From positions 480,001 to 544,000 of the forward strand of contig CAWKHF010000002.1 in NCBI GenBank assembly GCA_963849325.1: DNA of 64,000 nucleotides. Direction: 5' to 3'. The notes under the pieces were generated by a model. It did no database searches and was not told the DNA's origin. It was given only the letters and a program-made list of their open reading frames with translations. The position numbers were made by a program, and so were the translations under genes. This DNA comes from an uncultured Planctomycetota bacterium. GTDB taxonomy: Bacteria; Planctomycetota; Planctomycetia; Gemmatales; Gemmataceae. This document shows positions 9,895 to 20,088 of this stretch, in pieces. Numbering within the stretch: the stretch's first letter is position 1; each line of letters starts with the position of its first letter.

Positions 9895-11610
9895 TCAAAA
9901 CCCCGACACCTTGCCATTGATGCGTCGGTCCTCGGCGCCGACGTATTGGCCCGTCTTCGGATCGAGCCAGATCGAATGAGCGTCGCCCTGGCGCGTGCCG
10001 CGGACGGAGTGCCCCATCGCTTCGAGGCACTGCACGGACTTGCCGTACTCGTCGGTCCCCTCGAACGAGGCCGTGTCGGGGAACCACGGGTGATGTAGGC
10101 GCGGCGCGTCCACGGCGGCACGGATGTCCATGTCATAGTCGATGACGTTGACGATCACACACAGCACCGTGTTGATGATGGTACGGCTGCCGGGGCTGCC
10201 GGTGACCAGGACGACCTTGCCGTTCTTCGTCACGATGGTCGGCGTCTGCGATGACAACATGCGTTTGCCCGGAGCGACCTGGTTCGCCTCCGTGCCGATG
10301 CCCCCGGAGCGCGTCGTCTCGCCGGGGAACCAGTTGAAGTCCATCATCTCGTTGTTGAGCAGGAAGCCGGCCCCCGGAACCACGATGCGCGAACCGTAGC
10401 TGCGTTCGAGCGTGTAGGTGTTGGCAACCGCCATGCCGTCGCCGTCGAGGACGCTGAAGTGGGTCGTACTGTCGCCCTCGCCCTTAAGGGGAATGTCGCG
10501 GGCCAGGTCGGCGCTGGGGGTGGCCTTGCAGCGGTCAATGGAGCAAGCCAGCTTGCGGGCGTAGTCCTTGCTGGTCAGGAAGTCGGGGATCGTGACAAAG
10601 TCGCTGTCGCCCAGGTAGCGGGCGCGGTCGCAGTAGGCGCGGCGCATGGTCTCGATCATCAGGTGCAGCGTCTCGGCGGAGAAGCGGCCGTGCCGGCGCA
10701 GGTCGAAGTTCTCCAGCACGTTGAGCATCTCGACCAGGCAGGTTCCGCCCGAACTGGGCGGCGGAGGACCATACACGTCATAACTCCGGTACGTCCCGTG
10801 AACCGGCTTGCGTTCCTTGGCCTGGTAAGCGGCCAGGTCCGCCGTGGTGATCAGACCGCCGCCGCGCCGCATCTCAGCCGCCACTAACTCGGCGACCGCT
10901 CCCTTGTAGAAACCGTCCGGGCCGTGCTCGGCGACCAGTCGCAGGGTCTTCGCCAGATCCTTCTGCACCAGCCGATCGCCGGCCTGCCAGGTCGTATTGC
11001 CGCCATCCTTGCCCAGGACGCGCCGCAACTCGGGGAACTCCGGCGAACTGCCGACGATCCAGTTCAGCGAGCCGGCCAGCGGTTGATCGATGACAAAGCC
11101 TTCCTCGGCGAGCTTGACGGCCGGCGTCACCACGTCTTTCCAGGGCAGCTTGCCGAAGCGAGTATGGGCCAGGGCCAGGCCGCGCACCGTGCCGGGCACA
11201 CCGACGGCCTTGTGGCTGTACCAGCTGTCCTTCTGGGTGAACATGGTCTTGCCGGCGGTCAGCGGCGCTTTCTCGCGGTAATCGATGAGGACAGGTTCGG
11301 CCTTGCCGCTTGGATAAATGAGCATGAAGCCGCCGCCGCCGATGTTGCCGGCCGCCGGATAGGTAACGGCCATCGCAAAGGCCGTCGCCACCGCCGCGTC
11401 CACCGCGTTGCCGCCCTGGCGTAGAATGGCGCATCCGGTGTCCGCTCCAGGCGGTGAAACCGCTACCACTATCCCATGCCTCTGCGGCGTTTCCGCTTCC
11501 GCACTGTGAACGGGATAGCTCGTGGTCCCCGCACAGACGAGCAAGGACAGGCTCCAGGAGAGCAGGGAGCGAGCGTGGCGACAAACGGGGGAAGACCCGA
11601 ACATGGACAT
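9895..11610 (-). CDS. ggt: Gamma-glutamyltransferase
   Basis: GGNAVDAAVA, GNIGGGGFM, IDYRE, PPPSSGG, autoprocessing STTHFSV, LNNEMMDF, PGKRMLSS. Confidence 0.97.
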   Translation of the reverse strand: MSMFGSSPVCRHARSLLSWSLSLLVCAGTTSYPVHSAEAETPQRHGIVVAVSPPGADTGCAILRQGGNAVDAAVATAFAMAVTYPAAGNIGGGGFMLIYPSGKAEPVLIDYREKAPLTAGKTMFTQKDSWYSHKAVGVPGTVRGLALAHTRFGKLPWKDVVTPAVKLAEEGFVIDQPLAGSLNWIVGSSPEFPELRRVLGKDGGNTTWQAGDRLVQKDLAKTLRLVAEHGPDGFYKGAVAELVAAEMRRGGGLITTADLAAYQAKERKPVHGTYRSYDVYGPPPPSSGGTCLVEMLNVLENFDLRRHGRFSAETLHLMIETMRRAYCDRARYLGDSDFVTIPDFLTSKDYARKLACSIDRCKATPSADLARDIPLKGEGDSTTHFSVLDGDGMAVANTYTLERSYGSRIVVPGAGFLLNNEMMDFNWFPGETTRSGGIGTEANQVAPGKRMLSSQTPTIVTKNGKVVLVTGSPGSRTIINTVLCVIVNVIDYDMDIRAAVDAPRLHHPWFPDTASFEGTDEYGKSVQCLEAMGHSVRGTRQGDAHSIWLDPKTGQYVGAEDRRINGKVSGF

Positions 11611-11839
11611 TTCCTCAAGGCAAGGACGGCAGTATGGAGGAACGATGGCGAGGGCGGCTTGTTGCTACTGACATCGTATCGGTCTCGTCAATCGATTCAG
11701 GGAATTCGCCAGCCTCCAGCGAAGACGGCAACTCCGCTTGCCGGTTGCGACGAGACTTACATGCGTACCGCGCTCGGCGTCCGTCCAGACAAGGGGGCAT
11801 GAGGAGAGACCCCGGATCGCATCGGCAACGAGCAGACGC

Positions 11840-11868
11840 TTGCAAAACGCGCGCGGCGGCCTGACAAT
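11840..11868 (+). promoter_or_regulatory. Sigma70-type promoter candidate
   Basis: TTGCAA-N17-GACAAT, 54 bp upstream of the PIG-L gene. Confidence 0.5.
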
Positions 11869-11922
11869 CACAATCCCTGGCTCCCGTCCGTATCCGCGAC
11901 AACAGAACAAAGGTGGTCTGTC

Positions 11923-12903
11923 ATGAAACAACGGCGTATGTGGTGGTTTAGCGTGGGATGCTTCGCGCTGGGCGTGCTCGCGGGAGGTTGGTTCCTACGG
12001 CCGACGGCTGCGCCGGTGCTTGCACAAGCCTCGGTCGAAAAGCCAGCCGCGCCTCGCGCGGCGCCGCCGGACGACGGCAAACTGCGCATCCTGTGTTTTG
12101 GCGCACACCCCGACGACTGCGAGTTGCAAGCGGGCGGTGTGACCGCGATGTGGGCGGCGCAGGGACATCACGTCAAGTTCGTCTCCGTGACCAACGGCGA
12201 CATCGGCCACTGGCGCGAGGCCGGCGGCCCGCTGGCCCGCCGGCGCACCGCCGAGGTCGAGCGGGCCGCCCGCATCCTCGGCATCGCCACGCAAGTGCTT
12301 GACATCCACGACGGCGAACTGCTGCCCACCCTGGAGAATCGCCGCACGCTCACCCGTCTCATCCGCCAGTGGAAGGCCGATGTCGTCATGAGCCATCGGC
12401 CCAACGACTACCACCCCGATCACCGTTACACCGGCATTCTGGTGCAGGATTCGGCGTACATGGTCACCGTACCGTTTTTCTGTCCCGATACGCCCATCCT
12501 GAAGAACAATCCCGTCTACCTCTTCTATCCCGATCGCTTTCGGAAACCGAACCCGTTCCAGCCCGACATCGCCGTGGACATTGATGTAGTGATCGATCGG
12601 AAACTCGACGCCCTCGACACGCTCGTGTCGCAGTTCTACGAGGGCGGCGCCAACGGCTCCGCCGATCTGCTGCCGAGCGAACCGACCAAGCAGCAGGACC
12701 GCCGCCGTCGGGTGCGCGAGGCCCACGCCGCGCGCTTCCGCGACGTCGCGGGGCGCTATCGGACCAAGTTGGCCGACTGGTACGGCAAGGACCGGGCGAG
12801 CAAGGTGCGGCACGCCGAGGCGTTCGAGATCTGCGAGTACGGACGCCGGCCGAATCGAGAGGAATTGGCCCAACTTTTTCCGTTCTTCGAGAAAAAGGAA
12901 TGA
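11923..12903 (+). CDS. PIG-L/LmbE family deacetylase, exported
   Basis: GAHPDD, VTNGDIGH, DYHPDH, AEAFE; N-terminal signal/TM. Confidence 0.93.
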   Translation: MKQRRMWWFSVGCFALGVLAGGWFLRPTAAPVLAQASVEKPAAPRAAPPDDGKLRILCFGAHPDDCELQAGGVTAMWAAQGHHVKFVSVTNGDIGHWREAGGPLARRRTAEVERAARILGIATQVLDIHDGELLPTLENRRTLTRLIRQWKADVVMSHRPNDYHPDHRYTGILVQDSAYMVTVPFFCPDTPILKNNPVYLFYPDRFRKPNPFQPDIAVDIDVVIDRKLDALDTLVSQFYEGGANGSADLLPSEPTKQQDRRRRVREAHAARFRDVAGRYRTKLADWYGKDRASKVRHAEAFEICEYGRRPNREELAQLFPFFEKKE

Positions 12904-13095
12904 GGCGGAACAGGGATGGAACCATTTCGCGTCTCCGGGTACAGTCTGGGGTTGAGTTGTCCCGACGAGCGCTACGAGCTATGTTACCGGCGGGACACTT
13001 TTCCGGCGTCCTGGTTGTTGACGGAGTAAGGCCCGTGACTCGCGTTCTTCGGGGCGGAATTGAGGCGGTGCAACAGTCAAACGGAAGAGAACGAA

Positions 13096-14126
13096 ATGAC
13101 TACCCCACCTACTCCGGAGGGAGAGGGTGGTCCGGCCGGGCGAGCACGGCGGTCGCCGTGGGCAGCTGGTTGTGCCTGGGGGCGACCTTGAGCTTGTGGC
13201 TTCTCCTGCACCTGGGAGACCTGTGGTGGCCGGCCACGCTGCTGATGTTCAGCCCGCGCTGGCTCTTGATTGTTCCGCCATCCTTCCTGCTCCTCGCGGC
13301 GGCTTTGCTGCGCCGCCGGATGATGGGGGTGCTGCTGCTCAACCTCCTGCTAATCGTCGGACCCATCATGGGTTTCTGCTTCTCCTGGTCGGCTTCCGAG
13401 ATGGAATCAACGTCGGCGCGGAGCTTGCGCCTGATGACGTGCAATGCGCACCATCAGAAGCCGGACATCCACCGCTTCAAGAAACTGCTCGCCGAAGCCC
13501 GGCCGGACATCGTCGTGGTCCAGGAGTGGCCCGGTTCCGCACAGGCCGAGGTCTTCCCCGCAAGCGAATGGCATGTCCACAAGGTTTACGGACTTTTCCT
13601 GGCCAGTCGCTTTCCGATTCGAGGGTCCACGCAACTCGGTGAGGACTCGATGGATGAGGTGGGGTTGGTCATCCGCTATGAGTTGGATGCCCCCGCGGCG
13701 CCCATTACCTTGTTCAGCCTGCACCTGGCCTCGCCGCGAGAGGGATTGTACCAGGCGACGCACCATCCCTGGAAGGGAGTGGACGATCTCGACGAAGGCT
13801 CGACGGTGCGTTGGGCCCAGTGCGGAAATCTGGCCCGCGCGGCGGAGGAGGCTTCAGGTCCGGTACTGCTCGCCGGAGACTTCAATACTCCGTCGGAGAG
13901 CGCCATCTTCCGTCGTCTATGGCCGCGATACACGGACGCCTTTTCCTCCGCCGGATTCGGCTGGGGCTACACTTTCTTCGGTGGCCGGACGGCCGTGCGC
14001 ATCGATCACATCCTGGCCAGTCCCGGCTGGCGCTGCGAGCGCTGCTGGGTCAGATCGAGCATCGGCTCTCCGCATCACCCTGTCCTCGCCGACCTGACCT
14101 GGCTCGGTTCGTCGCAAGGCCGCTAA
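13096..14126 (+). CDS. Membrane-anchored endonuclease/exonuclease/phosphatase (EEP) family protein
   Basis: Three N-terminal TM segments, MTCNAH, DIVVVQE, LAGDFN, RIDHIL, SPHHPV; start uncertain. Confidence 0.9.
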
Positions 14127-14580
14127 CCCGGAGCGTCCGCGACAGGCTTGTCCGCCCGTCGCTGTCGCTCCGGGTTCGTGAGGAAACCGCTTCGTAACCG
14201 CAGCCAGCGTTTCCAGGTGAGGGCCAAACCGAGGAGAAGGCCGACGTGATCGATGAGGACGTCGGTCACTTTGCCGGTGCGAAGGGGGACGAATTGCTGC
14301 AGGTACTCAGTGCCGGCGGCGTGCAGCGACAGCAAGGCCAGCAGCAGCCAGCGCCCGCGCCGAGCGGCAGCCACGACAGGAAGACGGTCAGGAAGGCATA
14401 GGCGACGACATGCAGGATCTTCGCCGCCGGGAAGAACGACCCCGACGGAGCGAACTCCTTGCCGATTTCGGCCGGGTACGTTGTCAGCAGGGCGACTGTC
14501 CAAACGCCGAGACAGAGAAACCAGCCGAAGCCGCGCACCATCAACTTCCGTCTCCGTTCTCGGTCCTCCGTATCGTCCAT
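14123..14580 (-). CDS. VanZ-like membrane protein (frameshift near 14360)
   Basis: KILHVVAYAFL and TEYLQQFVPLRTGKVTDVLID motifs; C-terminus reads through a REP-like repeat. Confidence 0.85.
14125..14176. repeat. REP-like palindrome family B
   Basis: AACCCGGAGCGTCCGCGACAGG...CCCGTCGCTGTCGCTCCGGGTT. Confidence 0.75.
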
Positions 14581-14757
14581 GTCTTCCTCCCGCAAGTTGT
14601 TCGCTGTTGTGTAACAGGCCGTCTCCGCGGCTGTCAAGGGCACGGGCGCTTTGACGACACGAAGCAGGGCGGCCAAGGCGCAGCGATCGCCGGATGGATT
14701 TGCTAGAATAGGCCGGGTATACCATTGAGGAAACAAGTTAGCGACGAGACACCAAAC

Positions 14758-15396
14758 ATGATCGAACCGGAAGAGACCGATCGCTGGCGGGCATTGGCCG
14801 AGGAGTTGGGCTTGCCGCAAGAACCGGAGGCGCCCCCGCCGCATCCCACTCCGCGCGCGGAAACGCCTCCGCGAGCGGAGCCGGCGGAAGCGCCCATCGA
14901 GGCGGAGTCGGCGGAAGCGCCGACCGTGCGCGCGGAGGAAGCGCCATCCCGCGGCCGTCGGCGGCGCGGTCAGACGGCCGCTCCCGAAAGGAAGGTCGAG
15001 GAGCTGGCGGAAACGTCGGCCGCCGCCGAGACAACCGAGACAGCGGAACCGTCCACGAAGGAAGAACGGCCGCGCCGCGGCCGTCGGCGCCGCCGCGGCG
15101 GCAATCAAGCCGCTGAGGAAACCAGCACCACCCAGACGGCCGCTCCCGTCGCCGAGTCGGAGGACGAGAGCGGCGAGGAACGGCCGCGTCGTCGCCGACG
15201 TCGCCGTGGCAAGAATGCGGAGCCGGAGAGCGAGCCGGCCCCCGCCGCCCAGGCCGAGGAAGAAGACGATGCCGTCGTGGAGGAGCCTGCCGCCGAAGAG
15301 GAAGACGATTCCGAGGAGGAGAGCGAGGATTTCTCGACCTGGAACGTGCCCTCCTGGGCCGAGATCATCGCCTCGCTTTATCGTCCCGAACGCTGA
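14758..15396 (+). CDS. Low-complexity, probably disordered protein with three Arg-rich boxes
   Basis: E/P/A-rich; [25 protein letters not shown]; short amphipathic ends WRALAEELGL and VPSWAEIIASL. Confidence 0.8.
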   Translation: MIEPEETDRWRALAEELGLPQEPEAPPPHPTPRAETPPRAEPAEAPIEAESAEAPTVRAEEAPSRGRRRRGQTAAPERKVEELAETSAAAETTETAEPSTKEERPRRGRRRRRGGNQAAEETSTTQTAAPVAESEDESGEERPRRRRRRRGKNAEPESEPAPAAQAEEEDDAVVEEPAAEEEDDSEEESEDFSTWNVPSWAEIIASLYRPER

Positions 15397-15401
15397 CGAA
15401 A

Positions 15402-15465
15402 AGTTCTGAGTTCTGAGTTCTGAGTGCAAAAAGAGAACTCCTTTTTGCACTCAGAACTCAGAACT
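15402..15465. repeat. Heptamer tandem hairpin (TTCTGAG)n...(CTCAGAA)n
   Basis: AGTTCTGAGTTCTGAGTTCTGAGTGCAAAAAG...CTTTTTGCACTCAGAACTCAGAACT. Confidence 0.9.
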
Positions 15466-15481
15466 AGGGGAGGGGCAGCCC

Positions 15482-15928
15482 ATGGCCGACGCGATCATTG
15501 ACATCCTCGGACCGGAGGACGTGGCCGAGATCGTCAAGCTCTACAACCAGATTTTTCGCCCGTCCAAGGACGCGGAGTTCTTCAACCGCCGTTACCTGGG
15601 TCGCCATAACGTGCTGCAAATGGTGGCCCGTATTCAGGATCTGCCGGTCGGCTTCTTCCTCGGTTTCGAGCTGAAGCCGAGCGTGTTCTTCGCCTGGTTT
15701 TACGGTGTGCTGCCCGACTTCCGCCGCCAGGGCATCGCCTCGCAGTTGATCGAGGCCGTCCACGACTGGGCGCGGATGAACGACTACGAGGCCATTCGCT
15801 TCGAGTGTCATAACCAGCATCGGCCGATGCTGCACCTGGGCATTGCCCTGGGATACGACATCGTCGGCATTCGCTGGGATCCCGACCGCGGCGCCAACCT
15901 CGTGCTGTTCCAGAAGGCGCTCGTTTAG
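15482..15928 (+). CDS. GNAT family N-acetyltransferase
   Basis: GVLPDFRRQGIASQL acetyl-CoA motif; GGGGAGG RBS. Confidence 0.92.
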   Translation: MADAIIDILGPEDVAEIVKLYNQIFRPSKDAEFFNRRYLGRHNVLQMVARIQDLPVGFFLGFELKPSVFFAWFYGVLPDFRRQGIASQLIEAVHDWARMNDYEAIRFECHNQHRPMLHLGIALGYDIVGIRWDPDRGANLVLFQKALV

Positions 15929-15974
15929 CCGCGACGCGCAGCGGAGCGCGCTCCGCCGCGCGTCGCGGCTAAAC
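15923..15974. repeat. REP-like palindrome family A
   Basis: GTTTAGCCGCGACGCGCAGCGGAGCGCGCTCCGCCGCGCGTCGCGGCTAAAC. Confidence 0.9.
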
Positions 15975-16553
15975 AGGATATGTCATATCCAAAAAGTTCT
16001 TGAGAAGTCGCGGCCCTTCGATCGTCAGAAAGCTCTCGGGATGGAACTGGACGCCGTGCAGCGGCCAGGTGCGGTGTCGCACGCCCATGATCTCGCCTTC
16101 CTCGGTCCAGGCGCTGATGACGAAGTCCGGATTGTGGAACGTGTCGCGGCGAATGACCAGGCTGTGATAGCGCGTCGCCTCGAACGGATTGGACATGCCG
16201 CGAAAGACGCCCTGGTTGTCGTGGTGGATCGGCGAGGTCTTGCCGTGCATGATGCGGACATTGCGCACCACTTCACCGCCGAAAACATGGCCAATGCACT
16301 GGTGCCCCAGGCATACACCGAGGATCGGCACCGTCGGCGCGAAGCGGCGCAGCACGTCGTTGGAGATGCCGGCCTCGCGCGGCGTACACGGGCCGGGCGA
16401 AAGGATGATGCGCGACGGCTTCAGTTCCGCCACCTGCTCGACCGTGATCTGATCGTTGCGGAAGACGCGCACGTCGATGCCGCCGTCCAGTTCCCCCAGG
16501 CGCTGCACCACGTTGTAGGTGAACGAATCGTAGTTGTCGATGAGAAGAATCAA
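15969..16553 (-). CDS. Anthranilate/aminodeoxychorismate synthase component II (TrpG/PabA)
   Basis: IDNYDSFTYN, SPGPC, LGVCLGHQ, TRYHSL, GVQFHPES. Confidence 0.97.
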   Translation of the reverse strand: MILLIDNYDSFTYNVVQRLGELDGGIDVRVFRNDQITVEQVAELKPSRIILSPGPCTPREAGISNDVLRRFAPTVPILGVCLGHQCIGHVFGGEVVRNVRIMHGKTSPIHHDNQGVFRGMSNPFEATRYHSLVIRRDTFHNPDFVISAWTEEGEIMGVRHRTWPLHGVQFHPESFLTIEGPRLLKNFLDMTYPV

Positions 16554-16560
16554 TTCGGGG

Positions 16561-16845
16561 TTAGCCTTGTTTTTCGGGATAGGGTTGGGCGCTGTTGACG
16601 TCGCCCTTGTACTTGGCCTTGGCCACGGCGGGATCGAGTTTGCGCAGATACTGCTCGGAAGCGTTGATGTCGTACCAGCCGCCGTCCTGAAAATCGATCA
16701 GCGCCTTGTTGTTGTGATTGACGGTGACGACTCGACCCACGATGCCGGCGAACCGTTTCAATTCCGGGCGCTCGGGGTTGACCTCGACGTACTGGTCGGT
16801 CCATTCGTGCTTGAGCGCCTCGTAACGCAGGTCCGCGGGTTCCAT
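16561..16845 (-). CDS. Small hypothetical protein, beta-rich (SH3/KOW-like pattern)
   Basis: GAGGAG RBS; WTDQYVEV...PELKRFAGIVGRVVTVN...ALIDF..GWYDI. Confidence 0.8.
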   Translation of the reverse strand: MEPADLRYEALKHEWTDQYVEVNPERPELKRFAGIVGRVVTVNHNNKALIDFQDGGWYDINASEQYLRKLDPAVAKAKYKGDVNSAQPYPEKQG

Positions 16846-16883
16846 CGGGCCGTCTCCTCGCTTGCCGAAAAAAGGGTCTAAGG

Positions 16884-17876
16884 TCAATGAAACGCTTGTT
16901 CGCCGGAGGGCGGCGGTGCCTCGAAGTCGAGCCGCTTGACGAACTTGCAGGCTTCCTCCGCTCCGAAGGCGCGATCCATGCCGGGATCCTTCCACTCCAC
17001 CGTCAGCGCTCCATCATAGCCGATGTCGTTGAGGGCGCGAATAATCGACTCCCAGTCGATGCCGCCGCGGCCGGGCGAACGCGGTTGCCAGCCGCGCCGC
17101 GCGTCGCCGTAGGGCAGATACGAACCCAGCAGGCTCGTTCGCCCATTGAGCGTCAGTGCCAGATCCTTGACGTGGACGTGGAAAATCCGTTCGGGAAAGC
17201 GGCGGAGGAACTCGACCGGATCGACGCCCTGCCAGTGCAGATGGCTGGCGTCGAAGGTGAAACCGAACTCCTCGCGGCCATGTAATGCATCCAGAACGCG
17301 CTCGGCACTGTACAGGTCGAAGGCGATCTGTCCGGGGTGGACCTCGAAGGCATACTTCAAACCGCAGTCGCGGCACACGTCCAGAATGGGGTTCCACTGG
17401 CGAGCGAAGTCGCGCAGGGCGTCCTCGACGACGGCCGCGCTCGGGGCCGGATAGCCCAGCACGTACGACCAGATCGGCGAGCCGGTGAAGCCGCTGAGGA
17501 CCGATACGCCCAGCTTCTGGGCCGCCCGCGCCGTGTCCATCATCTCCTGCACCGCGCGCTCGCGCACTCCATCGGGCGAGCCGTCGCCCCAGACGTAATC
17601 GGGAACCAGGTCGCGGTGCCGGTCGTCGATGACGTCACAGACGGCCTGGCTGACGCGATGAGCGCTGACGACGGGCACCATCAGTTCCAGGCGGTTGAGC
17701 AGCTCCAGTTTTTGCGGAGCGTAGTCTTCCGCGCTGAGGGCGCGCTGCACCTCGAAATGATCGCCCCAGCAGCACAGATCGAGTCCGTTATAGCCCCATT
17801 CGGCGGCCTGGGCGGCCAACTCTTCGAGCGGCACATCCGCGCAGGAACCACTGAACAGGAGGATCGGCCGGGGCAT
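16884..17876 (-). CDS. Sugar phosphate isomerase/epimerase (xylose isomerase-like TIM barrel)
   Basis: FEVHP, FDASHLHWQ, HVHVKD, VEWKD. Confidence 0.93.
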   Translation of the reverse strand: MPRPILLFSGSCADVPLEELAAQAAEWGYNGLDLCCWGDHFEVQRALSAEDYAPQKLELLNRLELMVPVVSAHRVSQAVCDVIDDRHRDLVPDYVWGDGSPDGVRERAVQEMMDTARAAQKLGVSVLSGFTGSPIWSYVLGYPAPSAAVVEDALRDFARQWNPILDVCRDCGLKYAFEVHPGQIAFDLYSAERVLDALHGREEFGFTFDASHLHWQGVDPVEFLRRFPERIFHVHVKDLALTLNGRTSLLGSYLPYGDARRGWQPRSPGRGGIDWESIIRALNDIGYDGALTVEWKDPGMDRAFGAEEACKFVKRLDFEAPPPSGEQAFH

Positions 17877-17907
17877 AGAGTTTCGGGTTTACAAAGTGTT
17901 TCAATGT

Positions 17908-17970
17908 GGCGAGCGGGGGGCGTAAGCCCCCTGTTGCTTCTCAACAGGGGGCTTACGCCCCCCGCTCGCC
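17908..17970. repeat. REP-like perfect palindrome family D
   Basis: GGCGAGCGGGGGGCGTAAGCCCCCTGTTG-CTTCT-CAACAGGGGGCTTACGCCCCCCGCTCGCC. Confidence 0.9.
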
Positions 17971-17977
17971 GAGTTTT

Positions 17978-19863
17978 CTACTCGGTTGTTCCGCCGTCCC
18001 GTTGAGGCGGCAACTCACCCAGCGGCGACGGAGGCGGCAGCGGGGCCGGCTCCGGCGTCCGAGGCAATTCGCTGGCCGGCGTGGGGACCACGGCGCCGGC
18101 GGCGTTGGCGTCGTCAGAGGAGCGACCGGCGCGGGTATGGTGGCTGGTGTCCGCAGCGTCGGCGCCTCCACCATCGTCATCGGCTCCGGCGGCTTCACGG
18201 CCGACGATGCCGGCGGCGCGGGCGGCGTGAAGTGGCCGCCATACGGACCTTCCTGATCGTCTTCCTCCAGATAAACCTCGTCCAGTTCCGCCGCATCGAC
18301 GTGGCGACGCATCAACAGGTAAATGATCGTACTCGCACTCCAGAAGTAGCTGTAGCCGAAGCCGAGCATGAGCAGGAAGACGATGAACAGCCAGATGGCC
18401 ACGAGGAAGGCGCCGGCCTTGTTCCAGCCGCGCAGCCGGTCCTTCGACTGCTCCGGCTCGCCCAGGTAATCGGCGTAGACGTTCGGTTGAATCTCGCCGT
18501 TGTCCACCAGTTTGCGGCCCTCGACCGTCGTGCCCTCCAGCAGCAGCGTGCGCCAGCCGAACGATGTCGGGGCGTAGACGAACAGGAACGACGGTTCGCG
18601 GTTGGCCTTGGAGATGAACGGCGTTTCCGACACGCCCCACTTGGCCAGGTACACCGTCAGCGAACCCATGAAGCCGACGAAGAACACCAGTACGGCGCCA
18701 TAGACGATAGCGACCAGGCTGTACCAGATGTAATGCCACGGCTTCTGATAGACGTAACTGTAGGATCGGCTGACGGCCTCCCAGCTATCGGTGCCCTCGG
18801 TGCTGATGGTCGCCGACATGAGCGGCCAGCCGACCAGGCCGACCAGGGTGACGGCCATCACCAGTCCGAAGATAAGCATGACCCACCACAGCAGGCCGTC
18901 CACGACGATGTCGCCGAAGACCGGGATCATGTGAAAAACGCCGAAGATCACCATGATAATCAGCAACAAAAAGACGAACGCCATCGGGAACAGCGGAGCC
19001 ATCAGGTAGGAAGCGATGCGCTTGAGGGTGAAGCGCATGGCCTCGCGCAGACCGATCTTCTCGCCGCGCGCCACCTGCACGGCGGCGATGCGCGTGATGG
19101 CGCCGCCGAAGAGCGCCCAGGTAGCCAACGTCCACAACATCACGCACAGGAAGTAGAGCGACGTGAAGAAGGTGGAACGCGGACTGAAGAAGTAGATGAT
19201 CGGCTGCACGAACTTGACGAGCGGCTCGATCATGACCAGGAGCTGATCGCGGACAAACCAGTCCCAGAAGCGGCCGGCCTCCCAGGGGATGCCAGCCTGG
19301 CCGGTCACGAGCAAATAGGGATTGGGACCGCGGTCCTCGAACCACGGCCAGGTCGCCAGCCGGGCATACGGTTTGTCCTTGCCCAGCTTCGCCACGTAGA
19401 CGCGCCCCTTGGCCTCGGTAAGTTTGCCTTCGCGCACCAACTCGACGACGGCCGGACCTAGGTTGGGTCCGGCGTTGTCCAGGTTCTTGACGGTCTCGTA
19501 CTCTTCGCGGCTGTTGGCCAGGTCGAGGACCTGGACCTTCTGCCCCGACTGGCCCAGTCCAGCCGACTCGTGCATGAGGTTCCATTCATCCCGCTCGCGC
19601 TTGAACTGCTCCCAGCCTTTCTTGGGATCGTCCTGGGCCTGATACTTCCCCGGCCAACCGGGGGGAATCTTGTCATCGAAGCCGCCGGCGTTGCGGAAGA
19701 CGACGGCGAGCATCCACCAGCCGAAGGCCATCACCAGGATGCCGGCGGCGGCGAGCAACAACTTGTTGAGGTCCAACGCCACCTGAAAGCCGCGGAACAG
19801 CTCCGTCCAGGGCAGCAACTGCCGCCACGTCACCTCGCGTCCCTCGATTTTGTCCTCGGCCAT
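17978..19863 (-). CDS. Multi-pass membrane hypothetical protein with Pro-rich tail (late frameshift)
   Basis: Multiple TM segments, WALFGGAITRIAAV, DSWEAVSRSYSYVYQKPW, IYLLMRRHVD; AAGGAG RBS. Confidence 0.85.
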
Positions 19864-19901
19864 GAATGCTCCTTATTTACCCCGGCACGGAGGGTTCTTA
19901 T

Positions 19902-19953
19902 CCGAGCCCGCAGCGTGAGCGAGGGAAATCGCCCCCGCGCTCACGATCGGGTT
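19902..19953. repeat. Degenerate REP-like palindrome family C
   Basis: CCGAGCCCGCAGCGTGAGCGAGGG...CCCCGCGCTCACGATCGGGTT; resembles 35581 copy. Confidence 0.6.
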
Positions 19954-20088
19954 CTTTCCTGCCGGGGTAATATAAGAGGTTGGCGAGCCTTTGGAAACGG
20001 GATCGGCTGACAAACCGGCCCCCCTGGCATCGTGGGAAGCGGGTTGGTCAGCCGAACGGAGGCCGAACGAGGCGGACAGGGTCGCCGC

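Noticed and set aside
11611-11922. Possible ncRNA in the 310-bp ggt/PIG-L divergent spacer
   Set aside because: No recognisable RNA family motif or strong structure seen; divergent promoters can explain it
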